This document shows positions 26,245 to 33,999 of a stretch of DNA of 64,000 nt, one piece after another; the stretch's first letter is position 1; every line of letters starts with the position of its first letter. The notes under the pieces were generated by a model. The model was not told where the DNA came from, did not search any database, and worked only from the letters and a program-made list of their open reading frames with translations. This DNA is from an uncultured Candidatus Saccharibacteria bacterium (GTDB lineage: Bacteria; Patescibacteriota; Saccharimonadia; Saccharimonadales; Saccharimonadaceae), in assembly GCA_946537195.1 (NCBI GenBank), contig CAMNFE010000001.1, positions 4,435-68,434 of the forward strand. Reading direction: 5' to 3'. Both the position numbers and the translations under genes were made by a program.

Positions 26245-29200
26245 TTAGTAACGAGTTGGAAGTTCGCGAGAGTAGGTTGTAACGGCTTGGCTATAGCGAG
26301 ACATTTGGATATAGCTCCAGAAGTAAGTATTCATATTCATATCAAATGTTTCAGCGCGAACCGCAGTATTAGCACCCTTATCTGAGCCGCCCGTACGGTT
26401 AAGTATAATCTTCTTTGCCATTACTGGCGCATTGAACTGTACATGATTGTTACACATATTGGAGTTCATCATGACAGAACCAGATTCACCGCCAATTACA
26501 GCTTTCCTACCCTTAATGAAGTCTTCGTAGGTGTTGTATGCACAGGTGTTAATCTCGTTCGCAATCAATATCGCATCAACGCGTTCTACCTTATTGGTGA
26601 GATAGATTTTATCAGCAACGAAGACACGCATAACGGATTGACCGAGGTTAGTGTAAGTCGGATCATCGATAAAGTTGCTGGCATCACCGTCACCAATCAA
26701 GACATCACCGTCGAGGACGTAAGTACCACTTACCTCGTGGACGCTAGTAGCGTTGAATTGGCCGTTATCGAAGTTCGCTTTGTAGTAAACGTTCAACTTA
26801 TTATTGTTCGGACCGGTGCCGATTCTTTGTACGCCATCACCCCAATAGGCGTCGCCGTTTACCTTAAGGTGGTTAATGCCGTTTTCATCCCAGTCATGGT
26901 TAATCCAAGCTGGCATAAATGCGTACTTCGTAGTACTCGAGCCGTTGGTAGAGTCTTTTGCCTCAACGCATTTGACATTAGCGTACTGAGAATATCCACC
27001 TCTACCAAAGTAGTCATACGACCATCTACCAGCATCACCTGTAGTACATTGATTTTCGTAGTCATTCTTCTGAACGGCGCTAGCACTACCTGAAGTGAAA
27101 CGATCAAGAATACGGTTACGGAAGTCGCGCGCAGATGTCTTACCCATTCCCGCTTTACCAATTGTGTCGGTGGCTGTATTACAGTTTGAGTTGATAAAGG
27201 TTTGGGTCGCGTAGGTACAAGTTGTCGTGTTACTGGTTTTAGCTACGTTGCCACTATTAGAGCGAGTTTGATTTCTGACTATACCTGATGTGCCGGTTTC
27301 ATAACCGAAGGTTGCACCAGATGCTGTACCATGAATTCCGTCACTATCTACGAGACCATACAAACCATATTCTGACCATGATCCGAATAGATATTTAGTA
27401 GAACCGAATTGCTTGGTGAAGCGAGAAGTTATGAAGCCTTTACCATTACCGCTACCACTGTAGGCGTTAGAACCTTCAACGCTCATGGTTGGGAGTTTCG
27501 ATACGGTATAACATGCGCGTACAGTCAAGGTGTTATTAGGGCTCCAGATTGGATATTTCGAATCACTCGATAGAGCTATCTGCGCAATACTGGCTGCCGA
27601 ATTATCACCGTCGTGGCTATCAAATGGAGATACGCTAATTTCACCACAAACACGATCGCCTAGGTCAAGCTCGTCAGGAATATCAATAGTAATCGTATCC
27701 CAGACGCGACCATCTTCTATACTTTTAATTGTCTTATTTTCATTATCGGCGTCATTGTTTTTATCACCAGCCGTGCCGTTAAGACGGCCCGTGCGGTTCA
27801 GGATCCAGACTTCCTCTTTCTCGGAACCGGCGCCATAGTATGCCGAACAGCCACCAAAATAGCCTGAAGATTTACATTTCCTTGATCCGCCTGATGTTTC
27901 GACATACCATCTAGTCTTAATATGGGTAGGTTTCGTGATAGTTGCATATTCGTTCTTCGAGCTATCAGTAGAAACGTTAGTATTAGTACGACGCATAACC
28001 GTGACACCAGTATCGACGTTGAGTGTAGTACCGCGATAGACTACTTTACCGTCACGAGCAGAGCTACCACCTCTACGCTCAGCATGTGGAGCGAGTTTGT
28101 AGTTATACGGAATCTTTACGCTAGCTTTAGCGCCGTTATTGCTAGAGCCATTATGGACACCGTCGATCTGGTTGGTTGAAATCCTGTTATCGTCTACGCC
28201 TTGGTGATTAATGGCTTTAATCTTACGGTCCGTCCAGGTGACGGTCTGTGATATGACGGTACCGACATCGAGTAATCCGGTTGCACAGTTAGTACTCATA
28301 TCTGGCGAGCTGCTTGATGCAGTTTGACCTTTTATTCTACCCGATACTTGATAGAAGTTGTTTGGATTCGATGGACCATTACTGATCATACAATTATAGT
28401 TTTTATAAATTGAATTCGGTTTTTGAGGTGAAGTAAAGCTTGCATCAAACTTATCGTATGGGAATTTTTTGCTACCCGTAACATATTGATCAGCACTGTT
28501 GACTGTGCTAGTCCAAGTACGTGGGCTATGGAACGTAGTAGCGTTTTGACCAGAGACATTGTAGCGCGTTACCTGAGAATCAAAGAGGTACTGATTCTTT
28601 TTGGCGTCAGTATTAGCTTTCGGGTTAGTAGTGGTGCCAGACGCTCCATATTTTGTGACGTAAGATGCTTTATTTAAGAGATTCGGATATTGAGCTCCCG
28701 CGCAGAATTTGTAGGAATATTGAATTAAGTCGCCTGGACGAGCATAGAGGTCTGGAGCATCTTTTACGACACCCGTTCTTTCATAGTCCCTTGGCGCATG
28801 CGGAGAAGTCTTGGTGATACCCGTGGTTGCGTTGTTGACGCTGATATAGCCAACATTCCAGCCCTTATTGTAGCCATATTTATATTCGTCATAGTTAAAG
28901 TCTCCGCCACAGGACGCCTCGGCGCGTTGAATGGTCACACATTTTTCATCAGTATACGTCATATTAGAGGTCTTCCCTGCGTTAAGGGCCGTATTCTTTT
29001 CGTCATTTTTTGTCTGGAAGTGCAACTTTTGACAGAAGGTGACCTTTTGTTTTGGATGAATTGTGCCCTTAATTTCATTAGTAATCTGGTGCGACTGGTT
29101 CTTCTTCTTCGACGTCCAGGTACCTTTCTGGACGGTGCTTTTCTTGTTCACGCCATAATAGTTGCCTGTATCCTTAACGACGGTTTCATAAGATACATCT

Positions 29201-30522
29201 ACATTAAAATTGTCGTTATCAGTGCCTTTATAGCCATCAAGATTAATTACTTTGCCGCGCGTAATAGTATGCACGAATTTAACAGTAAATTTACCGTCTG
29301 TAGTGATAACGACATTATTGCTGCCTTTCGGATTGTCGCGCTCAGTCACAGCAGTACCGCTACCTTTATCGGCATAGACCTTGGTATTCGCAGAAAATTC
29401 AACCTGGCGATTTACGCGATATGAACTCAGACAGACTTCGTCAGTAAGGCCTGTCTTATCGTCGGTGGCTCTATCGGTATTCCTCACTTTATAATAGCTT
29501 AGCCTACTACAGTAGGTATATTTAGTGCCAGGAATAGGCGTAATTGGAACTGTATCGTTAAGAGTAGTGGTATCACCGATTTTATTAGAATGCCAATCTT
29601 TTTTAGTGTTATTAGGCGCTTTTGGAGTAGTGTTTTCTGATGTTTTGCGAGGTTTGGTTTCAAGCGGAGTCGTCACCCTAAAAGAACCGCTATCGCTGTT
29701 TTCATTGCGCCTTACTGTATGATCCCATTTTAAAGTAATACTATTTTTAGTGGTGTATTCGGGTTTATTCGGATCAGTAGATCCGTCACTGTTTTTATTT
29801 TTCGAAGTAGTCGCACTAAATTTAGCCACTTTATTAGTTGGGTAGCAGAACCAAGATAGCGAGTTGTAATCGCTCTTTTTGAGCGTGCCAACCTTAGTAC
29901 CGCTAGAGTTATATTTGATCATCTCATCCGGATAATCTTTTATCGCCTGCTCATATCTGCTCTTAGCGGTTGATTTTGTATAAGCGTCAATAGCAGTACC
30001 GCCGTCACCATTTTTATCTTTAAACTTAAATCCTTTAATTTTAGCCGTAGGGACGTCATGAATACTACCGCCACTACCGCTAGTATAGCTCGTACTACGA
30101 CTACCCACCTGGCCACGTCCACCATGTCCGTTATATTTGAACGAACCACCACGCGCAGAAACGTAGAACCAGCTGCTTCCAGGGTTGCCTGGCTCATCAC
30201 TCTCATAAATATCATAACCAAGGTGCATAAAACCACTACTACACCCCTTAATAACAGTTAAACCCGAGGTGCTATTTCCGACGAAATTAATTGCACCAGA
30301 CCCAAATCTCTCATACCACACCCAAGAAAAGCCACCTGAATCGCAGACACATGAGGACCACATAGCGTTGCCACATACGGCACAACCGCCACTACCGCTA
30401 GTGGCGCCGCCACCACCAGCATATGCATTCATACTAGTTTGCGAGCTTACTATTAAGCCAGCCACACTCAGAGTAGCAAGGCCGGCCGAGAAGTATAATG
30501 CTTTTTTAAGTTTATTCTTCAT
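26245..30522 (-). CDS. giant secreted protein (1425 aa), paralog of 21221-25267; unknown family
   Basis: Signal peptide ...SQTSMNAYA followed by the Gly/Cys-rich stretch GGGGATSGSGGCAVCGNAMWSSCVCDSGG. AAGGAG RBS 8 nt upstream, and the start overlaps the upstream gene by 11 nt. The C-terminal ~900 aa are collinear with the 1348 aa paralog and end in ELPTRY. Confidence 0.85.
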   Translation of the reverse strand: MKNKLKKALYFSAGLATLSVAGLIVSSQTSMNAYAGGGGATSGSGGCAVCGNAMWSSCVCDSGGFSWVWYERFGSGAINFVGNSTSGLTVIKGCSSGFMHLGYDIYESDEPGNPGSSWFYVSARGGSFKYNGHGGRGQVGSRSTSYTSGSGGSIHDVPTAKIKGFKFKDKNGDGGTAIDAYTKSTAKSRYEQAIKDYPDEMIKYNSSGTKVGTLKKSDYNSLSWFCYPTNKVAKFSATTSKNKNSDGSTDPNKPEYTTKNSITLKWDHTVRRNENSDSGSFRVTTPLETKPRKTSENTTPKAPNNTKKDWHSNKIGDTTTLNDTVPITPIPGTKYTYCSRLSYYKVRNTDRATDDKTGLTDEVCLSSYRVNRQVEFSANTKVYADKGSGTAVTERDNPKGSNNVVITTDGKFTVKFVHTITRGKVINLDGYKGTDNDNFNVDVSYETVVKDTGNYYGVNKKSTVQKGTWTSKKKNQSHQITNEIKGTIHPKQKVTFCQKLHFQTKNDEKNTALNAGKTSNMTYTDEKCVTIQRAEASCGGDFNYDEYKYGYNKGWNVGYISVNNATTGITKTSPHAPRDYERTGVVKDAPDLYARPGDLIQYSYKFCAGAQYPNLLNKASYVTKYGASGTTTNPKANTDAKKNQYLFDSQVTRYNVSGQNATTFHSPRTWTSTVNSADQYVTGSKKFPYDKFDASFTSPQKPNSIYKNYNCMISNGPSNPNNFYQVSGRIKGQTASSSSPDMSTNCATGLLDVGTVISQTVTWTDRKIKAINHQGVDDNRISTNQIDGVHNGSSNNGAKASVKIPYNYKLAPHAERRGGSSARDGKVVYRGTTLNVDTGVTVMRRTNTNVSTDSSKNEYATITKPTHIKTRWYVETSGGSRKCKSSGYFGGCSAYYGAGSEKEEVWILNRTGRLNGTAGDKNNDADNENKTIKSIEDGRVWDTITIDIPDELDLGDRVCGEISVSPFDSHDGDNSAASIAQIALSSDSKYPIWSPNNTLTVRACYTVSKLPTMSVEGSNAYSGSGNGKGFITSRFTKQFGSTKYLFGSWSEYGLYGLVDSDGIHGTASGATFGYETGTSGIVRNQTRSNSGNVAKTSNTTTCTYATQTFINSNCNTATDTIGKAGMGKTSARDFRNRILDRFTSGSASAVQKNDYENQCTTGDAGRWSYDYFGRGGYSQYANVKCVEAKDSTNGSSTTKYAFMPAWINHDWDENGINHLKVNGDAYWGDGVQRIGTGPNNNKLNVYYKANFDNGQFNATSVHEVSGTYVLDGDVLIGDGDASNFIDDPTYTNLGQSVMRVFVADKIYLTNKVERVDAILIANEINTCAYNTYEDFIKGRKAVIGGESGSVMMNSNMCNNHVQFNAPVMAKKIILNRTGGSDKGANTAVRAETFDMNMNTYFWSYIQMSRYSQAVTTYSRELPTRY

Positions 30523-31573
30523 CTTCGTCGCTCCTTATTTCTTCGCCTTCTATTTGCTCCCCTTCACCTTCCTCTTCATCATCTACAGGCTCTTCTTCTG
30601 GAGCTTCTTCTGGATCATCATATTGCTTGGCAATTTCCTCGTATTTACTGCCCTGCGAATCGTCGCCTTTCGAATAGTAGAGACGAGATAAGTTGCTATA
30701 GATATAGTGTTTAACGAATGATTTTTCAGAAGTATTAACTAGCTTAAGATTCTGATTAATACCTTCGTCAATATCTTTTGTAGCGCCATAAACGTTATAA
30801 TAGAAAGATTGAATCATGACCTTAAGGTCTGGATTCTGTTCGGAGTTTATCTTATCTTGCAAGAATTCTAGTTCTGAATCTACGCCCTGTTCGATACCGA
30901 TAGTTGAGGCTTCGTCAATGAGCTTATTAAAATTAGTCTCAATCTGCTGACCTCTGTATTCTTTTTGAACAGTAGTCGCCATACGCTTTTCGTATTCGGC
31001 AGGTTCGATAATGTTTATGCGAATTGCATTATAACCAACAAGAATAATCGCTAAAGCTACGATTCCGAGAGTAATAAACTTGTGTTTTCCGCCAAAGAAG
31101 AAATTACCGACTTTCTTCGCTCTTTGTACAGATCTTTCATGTCTCGCTTGACGGGCTTTTCGAGCCTGTTCTTTTTTGACTTGTCTTTCATGTTTAGCAG
31201 CCGCCTGTTTCTTTGCCTCCTCTTCGGCGTGGCGCTTCTCTTCGAGCTCCTTCTGCTTTTCTTTCTCGACCTTTTCTTTTTCTTTAGCCTCTTTCGCTTT
31301 TTTGCGCTCGGCTTCACGGGCGCGTTTTTCGGCACCCTCAACATTAACAAAAAGATCACCTGTATCTTTTTTCTTGATATTCTCGGAGCGGAACTGTATG
31401 TCCTCCTCCGCAATAGGAATACCATCGATTTCGACGGTTTCACCCGGTTTACTTGTATCCGCTGCCGAAGTATCCTCATTAATCGGCTCATCAGCAGCGC
31501 TCTTAATATTCGGCGACAGAGAACCGGTCTCCGTTACGCCCTCCTCTCGCATATCTGCGTCTTTAGCGCTCAT
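30512..31573 (-). CDS. single-pass membrane protein (353 aa): acidic N-terminus, K/E-rich charged helix, TM helix, helical C-terminal domain, acidic tail
   Basis: Paralog of 25270-26202. TM helix FITLGIVALAILVGYNAI. C-terminal DDEEEGEGEQIEGEEIRSDEDEE. Confidence 0.7.
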   Translation of the reverse strand: MSAKDADMREEGVTETGSLSPNIKSAADEPINEDTSAADTSKPGETVEIDGIPIAEEDIQFRSENIKKKDTGDLFVNVEGAEKRAREAERKKAKEAKEKEKVEKEKQKELEEKRHAEEEAKKQAAAKHERQVKKEQARKARQARHERSVQRAKKVGNFFFGGKHKFITLGIVALAIILVGYNAIRINIIEPAEYEKRMATTVQKEYRGQQIETNFNKLIDEASTIGIEQGVDSELEFLQDKINSEQNPDLKVMIQSFYYNVYGATKDIDEGINQNLKLVNTSEKSFVKHYIYSNLSRLYYSKGDDSQGSKYEEIAKQYDDPEEAPEEEPVDDEEEGEGEQIEGEEIRSDEDEE

Positions 31574-31579
31574 GCTTCT

Positions 31580-31588
31580 ATTTTAGCA
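31580..31588 (-). promoter_or_regulatory. extended -10 promoter (TGCTAAAAT), leaderless start of cassette 1
   Basis: TGCTAAAAT-agaagc-ATG(31573), 36 nt below the rny stop. Confidence 0.55.
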
Positions 31589-31624
31589 TAAGCATTCTGA
31601 AAATAGCGAATTTTTAGCTTGCTT

Positions 31625-33142
31625 TTATTTTGCGTATTCGATAGCGCGCGTTTCGCGAATAACATTAACTTTAATAACGCCAGGATATTGCATTGTAGCC
31701 TCAATCTTATCTGCAATATCACGGGCAAGTTTCAAAGCGGAAAGATCGTCGATTTGTTTAGGTTCAACAATAACACGAATCTCGCGACCAGCAGAGATAG
31801 CATAGGCTTTGTCGATGCCTGGGAAACTGGTTGCAACGTTTTCGAGAGCTTTCATGCGCTCAGCGAAGTTCTCGGCGGAAATGTTGCGCGCGCCTGGACG
31901 GGCGGCAGAAATAGCATCAACGATTTTAACAATTAGCGCTTCAGGTGTAGTTGGCTCGATATCATCATGATGAGCGGCGATTGCGTGAACAATTTCGTCT
32001 TTCATGCCAAACTTTTTTGCAAGTTCGGCGCCAATATCGGCATGTTTGCCTTCAATCTTGTGAGTGACGGCTTTACCCATGTCATGAAGAAGCGTAGCGG
32101 TCTTGGTAATATTAACGTCGGCGCCGACTTCTTCGGCAATCATGCCAGCCATATGTGCCATTTCGATGGAATGAAGAAGGACGTTCTGGCCATAGCTAGT
32201 ACGGAACTTAAGCTCACCAAGAAGGTGCAAGATTTCAGAAGGAATACCAATAACGCCAACTTCACGAGCGGCATCTTCACCGGCACGGACAACTTCCTTT
32301 TCAATTTCGCGTTCTGCCTTTGCGACAGCATCTTCAATGCTAGAAGGGTTAATACGACCGTCTTTCATGAGGCGCTCAAGTGCATAGCGAGCTACCTGAC
32401 GACGAATCGGATCGAAGCTGCTTAGAATTACCATACCAGGTGTATCGTCGACTAATACATCAACGCCAGTAGCATGCTGAAGAGCTTGAATATTGCGGCC
32501 TTCCTTACCGATGATGCGGCCTTTCATGTCGTCATCTGGAAGCTTGAGACTCGTTACGGTACGATCAGCGGTAACTTCAGAAGACATGCGCTCCATAGCG
32601 GTAAGAAGCATCGCCTCAGCCGTATCGTCTATATGATCGTTGTAGGCTTTTTGCTCTTTGACCATTAAGTTCGTAAGATCGTCTTTGATGTCACGTTCGG
32701 TCATCGCCATCAATTTTTCTTTGGCGTCTTTTTTACTAAGACCGGCAATTTTTTCTAGTTTTTCTTGAGCCTTAGTGCGGATTGCGCGAACTTCATCTTT
32801 AAGCTCTTCAATTTCACCTTCTTGTTTACGTAGAGACTCAGAACGCTTATCTAATTGATCGAGCTTTTTATCAAGCAAAGTTTCACGCTCGGCGAGACGA
32901 TTCTCGGTCTTCTTCCATTCTTTGCGATGTTCATTCTCTTCTTTTTGAGTTTTATCGCTAATGTCAGATGCTTCTTTTTTGGCATTGAGAACAATTTCGG
33001 AGGCTTCATGCTTAGCTTTACGAACGAGCTCGTCAGCCTTGTTTTTACCCCCGTTCTCTTTGCGTTTATTCATGGCATAAAAACCGCCAACACCAGCCCC
33101 AGCACCTAGGACTAACCCGGCGATAAGTAAACCTATCTCCAT
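31625..33142 (-). CDS. rny: ribonuclease Y
   Basis: N-terminal TM helix, a long K/E coiled coil, a KH domain (GRIIGKEGRNI) and an HD domain (LLHDMGKA...AAHHDD). GGAAAGAGGG RBS. Confidence 0.95.
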   Translation of the reverse strand: MEIGLLIAGLVLGAGAGVGGFYAMNKRKENGGKNKADELVRKAKHEASEIVLNAKKEASDISDKTQKEENEHRKEWKKTENRLAERETLLDKKLDQLDKRSESLRKQEGEIEELKDEVRAIRTKAQEKLEKIAGLSKKDAKEKLMAMTERDIKDDLTNLMVKEQKAYNDHIDDTAEAMLLTAMERMSSEVTADRTVTSLKLPDDDMKGRIIGKEGRNIQALQHATGVDVLVDDTPGMVILSSFDPIRRQVARYALERLMKDGRINPSSIEDAVAKAEREIEKEVVRAGEDAAREVGVIGIPSEILHLLGELKFRTSYGQNVLLHSIEMAHMAGMIAEEVGADVNITKTATLLHDMGKAVTHKIEGKHADIGAELAKKFGMKDEIVHAIAAHHDDIEPTTPEALIVKIVDAISAARPGARNISAENFAERMKALENVATSFPGIDKAYAISAGREIRVIVEPKQIDDLSALKLARDIADKIEATMQYPGVIKVNVIRETRAIEYAK

Positions 33143-33251
33143 TTTCCCTCTTTCCTTCTATACGCAAATATCAAAATTCAGATGAAGGTGCGCATATCAA
33201 ATAAATTAAATAAATATCGTGAAATTAAACGGTAACTCTGTACCTGTTTTT

Positions 33252-33260
33252 ATTGTAGCA
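33252..33260 (-). promoter_or_regulatory. extended -10 promoter (TGCTACAAT) for rny
   Basis: About 100-nt leader before the rny RBS. It lies just below the tsaB stop. Confidence 0.4.
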
Positions 33261-33265
33261 CGTGA

Positions 33266-33598
33266 TTACTTCTTTGGGGGAGTAATATTTGCTGGACGTC
33301 CGTATTCCGGCATGGCCAGATCAACTTTTTCGCCACGGTGATTATAGAGCGGAATATTGAGTTGGCTAGAAATAGTATTAACTACCGTTGCGCCAATGCG
33401 GAGGCCAGTAAAACTACCCGGACCGACCATAAAAGTAATTTCTTCAATATCTTGCCAATCCTTCCCATTTTCCTGGAGTTTTTCGTGGATAAAACTATAG
33501 AGTTGTTTTGCGAGGTTGCGGCCAGATTCCCATTCGTAAGTTTTTTCGTCGAGTTTCATAACAGTCGTAGGCTGAGAAGTGTCTAAATATAATTTCAT
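33266..33598 (-). CDS. tsaB: tRNA t6A37 biosynthesis protein TsaB, short (110 aa, N-terminal half only)
   Basis: MKLYLDTSQ...ITFMVGPGSFTGLRIGATVVNTIS is the TsaB/YeaZ N-domain signature. Overlaps tsaE by 4 nt. Confidence 0.6.
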   Translation of the reverse strand: MKLYLDTSQPTTVMKLDEKTYEWESGRNLAKQLYSFIHEKLQENGKDWQDIEEITFMVGPGSFTGLRIGATVVNTISSQLNIPLYNHRGEKVDLAMPEYGRPANITPPKK

Positions 33599-33999
33599 TT
33601 CTCGCTCACTTCCCTTGTATTCTCGTCGATATACTTAATTTCAATGGTTTTGCGTTGTTCCGGCAAAACATCTTGGACACTCTGTCCCCATTCAACAATA
33701 GTGACCGTTTTTGGATCACTAATGGCTTCAATTAAATCTTCTGCCATAATTCCAGGGTCGTTTAAACGATAGAAATCGTAGTGGACAAGACGATAGTTTT
33801 CTCCGTTATATTCCTTAGAAAGCGTAAATGATGGCGAAGTTACATCCGCTTTTACGCCAAGACCTTTCGCGATTCCGCGCGTTAATGTGGTCTTACCGGC
33901 GCCAACATCGCCGAGTAGCTCCAAAACTAGTGGCGCTTTAAGCGTCTTACCGAGTTTTTGACCATATTTAAGCATTTCCTGTTCGGAATGGATTAACAT
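33595..33999 (-). CDS. tsaE: tRNA t6A37 biosynthesis ATPase TsaE
   Basis: P-loop GDVGAGKTTLTRG, SPSFTL and HYDFYRL. The ATG overlaps the comEC stop (ATGTTAA). Confidence 0.85.
   Translation of the reverse strand: MLIHSEQEMLKYGQKLGKTLKAPLVLELLGDVGAGKTTLTRGIAKGLGVKADVTSPSFTLSKEYNGENYRLVHYDFYRLNDPGIMAEDLIEAISDPKTVTIVEWGQSVQDVLPEQRKTIEIKYIDENTREVSEK

Noticed and set aside
26443-29424. Long plus-strand ORFs inside the giant gene (26443-27093, 28798-29424), and similar antisense ORFs inside ftsH, rny and the other giant.
   Set aside because: They are antisense to well-supported long genes. They have no start-site signals and a low-complexity or hydrophobic composition typical of shadow ORFs.
29940-30060. 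A possible PilY1/EF-hand-like calcium loop (DKNGDGGTAID) in the 1425 aa giant.
   Set aside because: The spacing does not match either the canonical 12-residue EF-hand or the 9-residue PilY1 DxDxDGxxD loop. It is too degenerate to claim.
21221-30522. A diversity-generating retroelement or other hypervariation system targeting the giant proteins.
   Set aside because: There is no reverse transcriptase in the window. I found no near-identical template/variable repeat pair by eye. The two giants differ by ordinary divergence (~70% nucleotide identity in conserved blocks).
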